The notes below the pieces were generated by a model. That model was not told where the DNA came from. It did not search any database and saw only the letters and a program-made list of their open reading frames with translations. A DNA stretch of 64,000 nucleotides, taken from Sedimentisphaerales bacterium (lineage in GTDB: Bacteria; Planctomycetota; Phycisphaerae; Sedimentisphaerales; SM23-30). The stretch spans positions 1 to 64,000 of the forward strand of contig CAXXMR010000031.1 of the NCBI GenBank assembly GCA_963663805.2. The letters are read 5' to 3'. The translations under genes and the position numbers were made by a program. This document shows positions 55,217 to 64,000 of this stretch, piece by piece. The stretch's first letter is position 1, and the number at the start of each line of letters is the position of its first letter.

Positions 55217-56806
55217 GTAACATTTTAGCCAAGTGAAGCAAATTCTATAGCTTTTGGGTTGGCTTGTGCAAAAAAAAGACAAAAAAACTTCAAAATGTTA
55301 AGATGGGTAATTTGCGCTATTGCGTGTAATGGTTTATAGTTTCAGCATGATGAAGCCGAATGCTGAACAGGCTATCGCCGACCTGGCCTTAGAGCAGGAA
55401 TTGACTGCGGAGCAGGCTGAGCTTATTTACGAGCAAGGCAGAGAGGCGGTGGTTTTTGTTTTGCTGAGACTGTCGAAACTGGCAGCGGAAAAAACACAAG
55501 GTACGTTAGTTGCCGGCAGTCCGGCTGATCCTTCGTGTCCCTCAGGTCAGAAGCCGGTTTTTGTCAAGCCGAACAAAACAGATAAAAAACGCGGCAAAAA
55601 GTTTGGCCGTAAAAAAGGGCATCAAGGTACTCGCCGCAATCTGCCGACCCAAATAGACCGTACCGAAGAACATCGCGCTTCATGTTGTCCGGACTGCGGC
55701 GGCGAACTGAAAAAATGTTCCGGCACACGTGAACGAATCATCGAAGACATCCCGGAAGATGTTCGCGTTGAGACGGTAAAGCATGTTATTCATCGCGACT
55801 GGTGTCCGAACTGTCGCAAGGCGGTTGAGCCGATCGTAACCGATGCTCTGCCAAAATCATCTATTGGCAATGGTATTGTGGTTTTGTGTGCCTGGCTCCA
55901 CTTTGCGTTGGGCAATACGATAGCGCAGATCCTGGAGGTGTTTAATTTTCATCTCCGGTTTAAGATGTCGCCGGGCGGATTAGTCCAGATGTGGCATCGT
56001 TTAGCGGATATACTCCTGGCCTGGTACGAAGAAATAATCGAGGACATTCAAAAAGCCGGTGTCCTGCACGGCGATGAGACCGGCTGGCGGGTAAACGGTA
56101 AAACGCATTGGTTATGGTGCTTTACCAGCCATCAAGCCACGATTTTTACGGTCGAGCAGTCGCGGGCCGGGCCGGTGGTTTTGGAATTTATCAAAGAATG
56201 TTTCAACGGCGTGTTCGTAAGTGACTTCTGGTATGCTTACAATGTATTGTCATGCGCCAAACAAAAGTGCCTGGTTCACTTACTGCGTGATTTGGAGCGA
56301 GTCTGGAAAGCCAAAGACCACAGCGGCGATTGGCCGAGGTTCTCCAAAAAACTCAAACGATTAATTCGCGACGCGATACGCCTGCGTAAACGCATCGATG
56401 AACTGGATGCGACGGTTTACCAGCGGCGCTGCCAACGAATCGAAAAACGCTTGGATCTTATTATCGCGCATGAGTGGTCGAACAAGGAAGCTCAGCGGTT
56501 GATTAAGCGTTTGAAACGCCATCATGATGAGCTGTTCACTTTTCTGAGCAATCGCGAGGTGCCGTTCGATAATAATTTTGGCGAACGCAGCATTCGCGGC
56601 GCGGTGATCATGCGAAAGAACAGCTATAACAACCGCAGCGACCGTGGAGCCCGAACGCAATCGGTGCTGATGAGCGTGTTTTTTACCCTGAAACAACGCG
56701 GCCTAAACCCGGTTGCTACCATCAAAAAAGCCCTGCGAACATACATCAAAACCGGCAAATTGCCAAAACTCGCGGAGTTCTCTGCTTCACTTGGCTAAAG
56801 TGTTAC
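55217..56806 (+). mobile_element. Compact IS66-family element (tnpC only)
   Basis: 24-bp IRs GTAACATTTTAGCCAAGTGAAGCA/TGCTTCACTTGGCTAAAGTGTTAC; 8-bp TSD TCTTGTTC. Confidence 0.93.
55347..56798 (+). CDS. IS66 transposase TnpC
   Basis: GRKKGHQG, CPDCG, HGDETGW, WLW, VSDFW, QKCLVHLLRD, PFDNNFGERSIR. Confidence 0.93.
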   Translation: MMKPNAEQAIADLALEQELTAEQAELIYEQGREAVVFVLLRLSKLAAEKTQGTLVAGSPADPSCPSGQKPVFVKPNKTDKKRGKKFGRKKGHQGTRRNLPTQIDRTEEHRASCCPDCGGELKKCSGTRERIIEDIPEDVRVETVKHVIHRDWCPNCRKAVEPIVTDALPKSSIGNGIVVLCAWLHFALGNTIAQILEVFNFHLRFKMSPGGLVQMWHRLADILLAWYEEIIEDIQKAGVLHGDETGWRVNGKTHWLWCFTSHQATIFTVEQSRAGPVVLEFIKECFNGVFVSDFWYAYNVLSCAKQKCLVHLLRDLERVWKAKDHSGDWPRFSKKLKRLIRDAIRLRKRIDELDATVYQRRCQRIEKRLDLIIAHEWSNKEAQRLIKRLKRHHDELFTFLSNREVPFDNNFGERSIRGAVIMRKNSYNNRSDRGARTQSVLMSVFFTLKQRGLNPVATIKKALRTYIKTGKLPKLAEFSASLG

Positions 56807-56991
56807 TCTTGTTCAATAACGGCTTTAGCGTGGTTTTCTCCGAGGTATTACCCGCCCAGATTTCATAATTAATCGGAAAGCCATCGGGCGTAACTACCAA
56901 AGCTATCAGAATCTGCCGACAATCACTTCTGCGATCTTTGCTATGACCAAATTTGGCTTTAGGATTCTGTTTGCATAATCCCTCAAAATAC

Positions 56992-58517
56992 GAGACTGTA
57001 GCATAGATACCGGCATTTTTAATGAGATTTTCGCAAATTAGCCGATAAAACTCCTGGAAGAACAGACCAGTGGAATTTTCCAGGAGAGACGATTATGGCT
57101 GGGCCAGGCGAATACGTATCCGATATAACCGAAGGTATTACTGGTGTTGAAGATTTACCGAAAGCAAAAATCAAACGGCGTTCACGCACCTACAAAAAGC
57201 GTCCTTGCCCCCATTGCGGCCACTCGTCGTATCGAGACAAAGTCTTCAGGCGAAAACTGCATGACCTCGGAGACCTGGCTGCCAACCGTCCCATCGAGAT
57301 TTGGGTCAGCTATTCACAGCATCGTTGTTCAAAATGCAAACGATACTTCAATGCCGACCTCACTGATCTTGCGGACCCCGGCTGTCACTATACCCGTCGG
57401 GTTGTTCACCTGGCCGTGCGTTTGGTTGTGGAGGACGGCCTGCCGTACCGCCCGGCATCATGGCACTTGTGGCGAGACCACAGAGTTTTTGTCCCTTGGG
57501 CTACAATTCAAAACTGGGTTGAGGCGACGGGGAAAAAAAGCTGAGCAACGAATTACAACTGAGTACCTTGATGGTGTTCTGGCTGATTTCTCCGGCTATA
57601 TTGCAGCGGACGAATTATATGATGGGCCATTCTGCGTCTTATCCATAGTGGATAACCACACCTTCAAACGGCTCATCTACGAGGTTCTTGACCATAATCC
57701 CACTCATGAAGATATAACAAACTTTTCCTTTCGGTTTCGGACCGAACTGGTACAAAGAACGCTGACATTACGGGGTGTTACGACCGACGGCTCGCCTTTA
57801 TATCCGGAGCCATTGGCGCTGATATTTCCTGACGCTGCTCATCAGGTGTGCGAATTTCATGTCCTCAAGGAGATCAACAGAGAAATACTCAAAGCTGTTA
57901 CGAAAGTACGACGAGAGCTCAAGGCAAAGTTGCCCAAGCTGAAACGTGGCCGTCCATCGTCTTCTTCCGCGAAGAAAGCGGCATCACGCAAGAAGAAACA
58001 GGAAAAGAAAATTGCCGATCTGTTTGAGCACAGATATTTATTTGTACAACATTCATTGAGTTCGAAGGATAAGAAGAAGTTTTTGCATATAACCAGAGGC
58101 TTGCCAAACCTGAGAAATTTACGCTCGATCATGGATCAGGTTTATCGTCTTTTTGACCGTCGTTGTCGAACGGAAACGGCATTGGAAAAGTTGGCTGTGT
58201 TACGCCGGCGAATTGGGCGATTCAAAACCTTGCGACAGACTCTTAAGAAATTGTTCACCCCCAATATCGAAAAGGCGTTGACCTTCCTTGATGATTCACA
58301 ACTGCCGTCAACGTCCAACGCGGTTGAACGGGGCTATCGCCGCCATCGAAAAATGCAGAAGAGTGTCTATCGAGTGCGAACTCAAACCAATATCAGCCAG
58401 CGGGTGGCTATTGATATGCAGCGTGACGAGCAGTCCCAAGGCCGTTTACGAACTACAACAACACTTCATGAAGAAAGGACTGGAATGCTATGTTGCCGGT
58501 AAAGATGCTACAGAGTC
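56992..58517 (+). mobile_element. IS with GAGACTGT ends (IS256/MULE-superfamily-like; family uncertain)
   Basis: Imperfect 24-bp IRs GAGACTGTAGCAT..ACCGGCA/TGCCGGT..ATGCTACAGAGTC; 8-bp TSD CAAAATAC. Confidence 0.88.
57095..58502 (+). CDS. DDE transposase in two frames joined at a G4A7 run (57529-57539)
   Basis: ORF A Zn-finger/HTH (57095-57544); ORF B ADELYD, TTDGS, HQVCEFH, TSNAVER. Confidence 0.8.
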
Positions 58518-59355
58518 CAAAATACGTACTGGTGATATCGTAAAGCAAAATATCGTATTCCAGATTGAACATCATCTGCCAGGTATCTTTCAGATAAGAG
58601 CAAAGCTCCTCTTTGTAGGGCAATATCCTGTCCAGGCAGCGGTAAAGCCGGTTCTTTTCGGCAACCTCAAAATCACAGTCCAGCAATACATCCATTGCGG
58701 TTTGAGTAAACCAGTGCTGATGAACATAAAACTCCGCGCCGGGTTTGATAAGACGATTTACCGTCAATAATTTAACGACTTTGGAATACTCCACCGAAGA
58801 TCTTTCGGTGTCTATACGAGCGGACCAGAATTTATCCAGCCCAAGAGTATCCCATATCTCACAGCCCAGCCAACAGTCACCAAATGTTCGGGGGTTTTCC
58901 AGCCGCATCTTTGATAATTTCACGGCAATGGTATCGACATCATGGTGGGCATGATTATCCTGGTCATAAGCAAACAATGATTTGCGGACAGGCTGGTTAT
59001 CCTCGTTGATTATCTCAATAGACTTTTCCCAGGACTTCTTTTGCGAATCGGAAATCTCCCCGAGATACAGAACCATCTTCTCCACATAACGACCGCGCGA
59101 GACTTTACGCTTCTCAGCTATGCTGTAGTAGGTGTTGTACTTGCCGTTCTTCTTTCGCTTGTGCTTCTTCAGGTACATGCACATATTATCGCGGCTGAAA
59201 AACACCTGGCAATAGGGCAGGTCTGTACCAGAGCCAATATCGAACTAAAATCGCCGCTTACAACTCAAAATCACAGAAAATATTTTTATTTTTGACGGTT
59301 TTGACCGCTAAGTGAGAAATTGGGGTTAAGTGAGAAATTTGGGTTAGGATTTCTA

Positions 59356-59384
59356 TTGCCCCCCCAACTCACCCCCGCTATAAT
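59356..59384 (+). promoter_or_regulatory. Sigma70 promoter of the tRNA gene
   Basis: TTGCCC-N17-TATAAT ending 17 nt upstream of the tRNA. Confidence 0.7.
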
Positions 59385-59401
59385 CCCCAAGATAAGTGGT
59401 T

Positions 59402-59472
59402 GGGGGCGTGGTGTAACGGGAGCACGGCGCGGTCGCATCGCGCAAATAGGGGTTCGATTCCCCTCGCCTCCA
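59402..59472 (+). tRNA. tRNA-Ala (anticodon CGC), CCA not encoded
   Basis: Cloverleaf: GGGGGCG/CGCCTCC with G3:U70 and A73, GTGT/GCAC D-stem, GCGCG-GTCGCAT-CGCGC, AGGGG-TTCGATT-CCCCT. Confidence 0.9.
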
Positions 59473-59606
59473 CTTGGTTTCTGGGCCATAAACAGCGATT
59501 ACCGATTTGCCGTTCACTTCTGCCAGATGCGCATAAAAAGACGCCGGGATTCACGACAGAAATGGAATTGATCAGGGGACAGAATTCAAAAAAACCGGAT
59601 TTTTAT

Positions 59607-61033
59607 CAATCCTGTTCGGCACATTTATTGCTTAGATACAGTTTTTCTGTGGTCTTTCCGGTTCATGTGGTTTCGTGGGTTATCCCTTGGTGGGGCTGTC
59701 CGTGCTGGCTATTTGGGCGCAGCATCAACGGCGGCGGCGATTCTGGCGGGGGTCGGCCTTAGTTTTGGCTTTGGAGTTTATTGATATGGTTCTGCATTTC
59801 TTGCTCGTCGGCCACGCCGCAGAGGTGCCAGCAGAGCATTTCGTAGGTTCTTAAAGTTGGTTTTTTGCCCGTCCACAGGCTGATCAGCATACAGGCGATA
59901 ATCGCGGCGTACATCTGCAGTTCGATACCGTTTTCGCAGAGGCTTAGCAGATGTCGGCAGCCCAGCACATGCTTAAAAAAGCGGAAAAATATTTCGATGG
60001 CCCAGCGTTTCTGATAGAGCAGGGCAATGACTTCGGCGTCCAGGTCCAGCCGGTCGGTGGCAATCAAAATCATCTCACTCTGACGTGGTCCCTGGCCCCG
60101 TTTCAAATGCGGTTGACATTCAACCGCTATCAGGCGTAACGGTTGTTTGAAATCTTCCCGCAGTTTTTCACTGCTGCCGGCGATTACCGTACGATCAAAA
60201 ATTATCCCCGCTTTTCGAGCATCTTCAGTTAAAGGTTTTTCCTGAATAGTTTCGTAAACCGTATCCTCACGCAGCCGACAGACAAAAGAGCTTTTACTAT
60301 CCACAATGGCCTGAAACAGCTTAAAACAGGCATATCCGCGATCATTGACATAAATCCGGCCGGGCTGAAGATTCTCTAAAAAAACCTTTCGCTCATCAGA
60401 CTTGTCTTCACTGATATTTATTTTCAGAGGCACATATTTTTCCAGATCAAACTGAGTGTGTGCTTTAATTCCGGGTTTGTCGGTGTCCCAGGCAGCCTGA
60501 GTGAGTTTTTGCAAAGCCTGAATACTGCTGCCGTCCACCAGGGTAATGACCTGACCGACTTCCAGTTTTTTGTCCTGAGATATCGGCCCTAACTGCTCAG
60601 TGAGTTGAGCGATTATCGGCTCTAACAAAGAACTCTCAAAAACCCGGGATGCTTCCGAAAGCGAACCCAGCGAAGCCCGTGAGCAGCCCAACAGCCGCTG
60701 TACTTTTTTGAGCTCGCCGGCCTGCTGCAAAGACCGGATGGAACTGCAGATCGGATTGAACATGTATAACAGCAGCAGACTGATATACTGGTCCATGAAT
60801 AATGTGCGATTGCCGGCCCGGTCCCGCTCACATCCCGCCGAGTGAAGACCTTTCAGCAGAGCCGAGAGGGACTTGAAATACTTGAACCCACGCAGGTCCC
60901 GCTCCTTGATTTTCTGACGCTTTTTACCAGCCATGGCTCTATGATGAAACAGGGGATAAAATAGCGCAAGTTAGGATTGTGTTAGGACTTAAGAAAAATT
61001 GACTAAAAGCAAAAATCGTGCCGAACAGGATTG
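59607..61033 (-). mobile_element. IS4-family element
   Basis: 16-bp perfect IR CAATCCTGTTCGGCAC; 9-bp TSD GATTTTTAT (59598-59606 and 61034-61042). Confidence 0.93.
59759..60934 (-). CDS. IS4 transposase
   Basis: VDGS, DRGY, YQKRWAIEIFFRFFK (YREK motif). Confidence 0.93.
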   Translation of the reverse strand: MAGKKRQKIKERDLRGFKYFKSLSALLKGLHSAGCERDRAGNRTLFMDQYISLLLLYMFNPICSSIRSLQQAGELKKVQRLLGCSRASLGSLSEASRVFESSLLEPIIAQLTEQLGPISQDKKLEVGQVITLVDGSSIQALQKLTQAAWDTDKPGIKAHTQFDLEKYVPLKINISEDKSDERKVFLENLQPGRIYVNDRGYACFKLFQAIVDSKSSFVCRLREDTVYETIQEKPLTEDARKAGIIFDRTVIAGSSEKLREDFKQPLRLIAVECQPHLKRGQGPRQSEMILIATDRLDLDAEVIALLYQKRWAIEIFFRFFKHVLGCRHLLSLCENGIELQMYAAIIACMLISLWTGKKPTLRTYEMLCWHLCGVADEQEMQNHINKLQSQN

Positions 61034-61304
61034 GATTTTTATAATAATTTTCTCCCCCGCCCGTGGCAGGCTTTTGTAAGTCCCTGTTTTTATAAAACTT
61101 CGGGGATTTGCCGCCAGGCGAAGTTTTCTTGAATATTCTTGTAATTTCCGCCTTTTTATGATAGATTCATTACGAATTCTGGATATCTGAGTGGAAAATG
61201 CACCGGATTCTTTAATTTTTGGCTGGAAATAGATTTGCCGGCTAGAGAGAGAGGGTTTTCTCTGCGTCGGCTTTTTTTGATTAAAAGGAAATATGGAGAA
61301 CGCG

Positions 61305-64000
61305 ATGAAAAACCTGCTATGCAACCTGGTATTGATTATGGCGGCCGCGGGCCTTGCGGCAACATCAGCATCAGCGGCGGTTTCCGGCGATTACAGATAT
61401 ACCGACAACGGTGACGGTACCTGTACGATCACCGGCTATACCGGTTACGGCGGCGATATAACCATCCCGGATTATCTGGCGGATCTTACCGTTGTTGCCA
61501 TCGGGAACTATGCGTTTGTACGGTACGATAGCCTGACCGGCGTGACCATACCCGACAGCGTCACCACCGTCGGGATCCAAGCATTCGCAGGCTGCAACAG
61601 CCTGACCAGCGTAACCATACCTGACAGCGTTACCACCATCGAAGACGGGGCGTTTTATTACTGTGCCAGCCTGACCGGCGTGACTATACCGGACAGTATC
61701 ACCACCATCGCAGATAATGCGTTTGCACGGTGCAACAGCCTTACCAGTATTACGGTAGATCCGGCCAATAACGCCTATTGCGATATTGACGGGGTATTGT
61801 TCAACAAAAGTCAAACTACGCTTATCCAGTACCCAGGCGGCAAAAGCGGTGACTATTCAATTCCCAATAGCGTTATCACCATCGGAGACGGGGCGTTCTG
61901 TGACTGCGACAGCCTGACCGGTGTGATCATACCTGACAGCGTTACTACCATCGGAGACGGGGCGTTCTGTGACTGCAACAGCCTAACCGGTGTGATCATA
62001 CCTGACAGCGTCACCACTATTGGGAGCTGGGCGTTTGACTATTGCGACAGCCTGACCGACGTGACCATACCCAACAGCGTCACCACCATCGGGAACTATG
62101 CGTTCCGTTACTGCGGCAGCCTGACCGGCGTGACCATACCCGACGGCGTTACTACCATCGGAAACGGGGCGTTCCGTGGCTGCGACAGCCTAACCGGCAC
62201 GACCATACCTGACAGCGTCATCACTATCGGGAACTATGCATTCTCATCCTGCGACAACCTGACCAGTGTGACCATCGGTAACGGGGTCACCACCATCGGG
62301 GACGAGGCGTTCTATAGCTGTACCAGCCTGACCGGCGTGACCATTGGCAACAGCGTTACCACCATTGGGGATGAAGCATTCGATGAATGCAACAGCCTGG
62401 CTGGTGTTTATTTTAGGGGTGATTGTCCGGCATCTGTCGGCATTGATGTATTTTACCTCTATTCCTATGCTACGGCTTATTATATTGCCGGCACAAGCGG
62501 CTGGGACAATGAGTTCGCAGGTCAACCTACGGCGACATGGACAGCGGAAATAGATGACTATTACTACAGAAGCAATGGTGATGAAACATGCATACTGATC
62601 GGTTATACCGGGCCCGGCGGTAATATAACCATCCCGGATTCGCTAGCGGGCCTTACCGTAACCATCATCGAGGACTATGCGTTCTGTCACTGCAATAACC
62701 TGACCGGCGTAACTATACCAGACAGCGTCATTACCATCGGAAACGAGGTGTTTGAATACTGCGACAGCATGACCAGTGTGACTATTGGCAACAGCGTCAC
62801 CACTATCGGGGACCGGGTGTTCTATAACTGCGTCAGCCTAACCGCTGTGACCATCGGCAACAGCGTCATTACTATCGGAAACTCGGCGTTTGAATACTGC
62901 GACAGCATGACCAGTGTGACTATCGGCAACAGCGTCACCACTATCGGAAACCGGACGTTCTCTGACTGCGACAACTTGACCGGCGTAACTATACCCGACA
63001 GCGTCACCACTATCGGAAACCGGGCATTCTATAACTGCGATAGCCTGGCCAGTGTGACCATACCCAACAGTGTCACCACCATCGAGGACTCGGCGTTCTA
63101 TAACTGCGACAGTCTGACCGGTGTAATCATACCCGACAGCGTCACAGCCATCGGGGATGCGGCATTCTCTAACTGTGAAAGCCTGACTGGCATCACGGTC
63201 GATCCGGACAATAGCGGCTATTGCGATATTGACGGAGTCTTGTTTAATAAACGCCAAAACACGCTTATTCAATATCCAGGCAGCAAGAGCGGCGACTATT
63301 CAATTCCCGACAGTGTCATTACCATTGGGGACTGGGCGTTCTCTTACTGCGTCAGCCTGACCGGCGTAACCATACCGGACAGCGTCACCACCACCGGGGA
63401 CGAGGTGTTCCGTAACTGCGACAGCCTGGCCAGTGTGACTATCGGTAACAGCGTCACTACCATCGGAGACTATGTGTTCTATAGCTGCGACAATCTGACC
63501 GGTGTTTATTTCAGGGGTGATTGCCCGGCATCTGTCGGCAGTAATGTGTTTAGTTACTCCGATGATCCTACGGTTTATTATATGGCCGGCACCAGCGGCT
63601 GGGGCAGCTACTTTGCCGGAAGGCCTACGGCAGTCTGGCCGGCTTCGATGGGGATGACAGGAAACCTGGCTGTAGATATGGAGATCGATGAGGTCGGGGG
63701 TTTGGATGTTCTGGAAATAGATGTCTTTGCCGTAAGCAAAGCTGTCGACTGGACGATCAGCGGTCAGGATGGCTGCTCGTGGATCACCGACGTCAGCCCG
63801 GATACGGGCAGCTCAACCGGACCGGCGGATATTACGGCCGTCCAGATCACGATCGATACGGCCGGGCTGGCTGTGGCTGATCATACGCACAGCCTGACAC
63901 TTTCGGTCGATGATGGATATTGGCTGCCATTATCCATAGAACTGCATGTTTACAATCCTATGGATATGGAGGAACTCGCGATCCTCGCCGCTTACTGGGG
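61305..64000 (+). CDS. Secreted BspA-type leucine-rich repeat (LRR_5) surface protein, truncated by the window end; absent from the ORF track
   Basis: GGAG RBS, MKNLLCNLVLIMAAAGLAATSASA signal, many 23-aa LTGVTIPDSVTTIGxxAFxxCxS repeats; open frame to 64000. Confidence 0.92.
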   Translation, partial: MKNLLCNLVLIMAAAGLAATSASAAVSGDYRYTDNGDGTCTITGYTGYGGDITIPDYLADLTVVAIGNYAFVRYDSLTGVTIPDSVTTVGIQAFAGCNSLTSVTIPDSVTTIEDGAFYYCASLTGVTIPDSITTIADNAFARCNSLTSITVDPANNAYCDIDGVLFNKSQTTLIQYPGGKSGDYSIPNSVITIGDGAFCDCDSLTGVIIPDSVTTIGDGAFCDCNSLTGVIIPDSVTTIGSWAFDYCDSLTDVTIPNSVTTIGNYAFRYCGSLTGVTIPDGVTTIGNGAFRGCDSLTGTTIPDSVITIGNYAFSSCDNLTSVTIGNGVTTIGDEAFYSCTSLTGVTIGNSVTTIGDEAFDECNSLAGVYFRGDCPASVGIDVFYLYSYATAYYIAGTSGWDNEFAGQPTATWTAEIDDYYYRSNGDETCILIGYTGPGGNITIPDSLAGLTVTIIEDYAFCHCNNLTGVTIPDSVITIGNEVFEYCDSMTSVTIGNSVTTIGDRVFYNCVSLTAVTIGNSVITIGNSAFEYCDSMTSVTIGNSVTTIGNRTFSDCDNLTGVTIPDSVTTIGNRAFYNCDSLASVTIPNSVTTIEDSAFYNCDSLTGVIIPDSVTAIGDAAFSNCESLTGITVDPDNSGYCDIDGVLFNKRQNTLIQYPGSKSGDYSIPDSVITIGDWAFSYCVSLTGVTIPDSVTTTGDEVFRNCDSLASVTIGNSVTTIGDYVFYSCDNLTGVYFRGDCPASVGSNVFSYSDDPTVYYMAGTSGWGSYFAGRPTAVWPASMGMTGNLAVDMEIDEVGGLDVLEIDVFAVSKAVDWTISGQDGCSWITDVSPDTGSSTGPADITAVQITIDTAGLAVADHTHSLTLSVDDGYWLPLSIELHVYNPMDMEELAILAAYW

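Larger units (their letters stand above)
54287..59178 (-). pseudogene. IS1634 transposase in three pieces (59178-58518, 56983-56807, 55208-54287)
   Basis: YDITSTYF|EG...GHSKDRRSD...GFP...GNT|...MDRG...VEQAFRELKSDLGVRPVYH; the rejoined frame is 1761 nt (586 aa plus stop). Confidence 0.92.
52729..59325 (-). mobile_element. IS1634-family element interrupted by three other ISs
   Basis: Inverted repeats CCCCAATTTCTCACTTA/TAAGTGAGAAATTGGGG flanked by TTAA on both sides; 1985 bp after removing the inserts. Confidence 0.88.

Noticed and set aside
61500..63500. 69-bp tandem repeats as a CRISPR array or DGR template/variable pair
   Set aside because: They are in-frame LRR codons with no repeat-spacer alternation; no cas or reverse transcriptase gene in the window and differences are not adenine-specific

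Overview
64 kb of a bacterial chromosome, most likely an anaerobic Planctomycetota (Phycisphaerae/Sedimentisphaerales-like). This is inferred from the prepilin/DUF1559-type gene, the Bat operon, PFOR, long flagellins and a short dcw block without ftsZ. Genes in order: mraZ-rsmH-LysM-ftsL-ftsI; nrdR plus a stand-alone double ATP-cone gene; nifJ/PFOR; AMMECR1; two receiver proteins; IS200; flagellin 1; a photolyase cluster; a frameshifted prepilin gene and a polysaccharide-modification cluster; moxR-bat operon; a large M4 peptidase; lpdA; flagellin 2; xylB; a TPP riboswitch before a cysteine desulfurase; UroD-family gene, galT, lipA, lipoate ligase; a nested IS stack; tRNA-Ala(CGC); IS4; and a BspA-type LRR protein running off the end. 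Most notable: (1) an operon with two NrdR boxes that encodes NrdR, a catalytic-domain-free ATP-cone protein and a ~290-nt structured RNA instead of a ribonucleotide reductase; (2) a variant TPP riboswitch whose terminator uses the P1 3' strand, predicting ON logic; (3) long structured GGA-rich leader and trailer RNAs around flagellin 1, and a switch-like leader on flagellin 2; (4) an IS1634 inserted in a miniature copy of its own ends and hit by three other ISs, all with intact target duplications. All calls were made by eye, without database searches.
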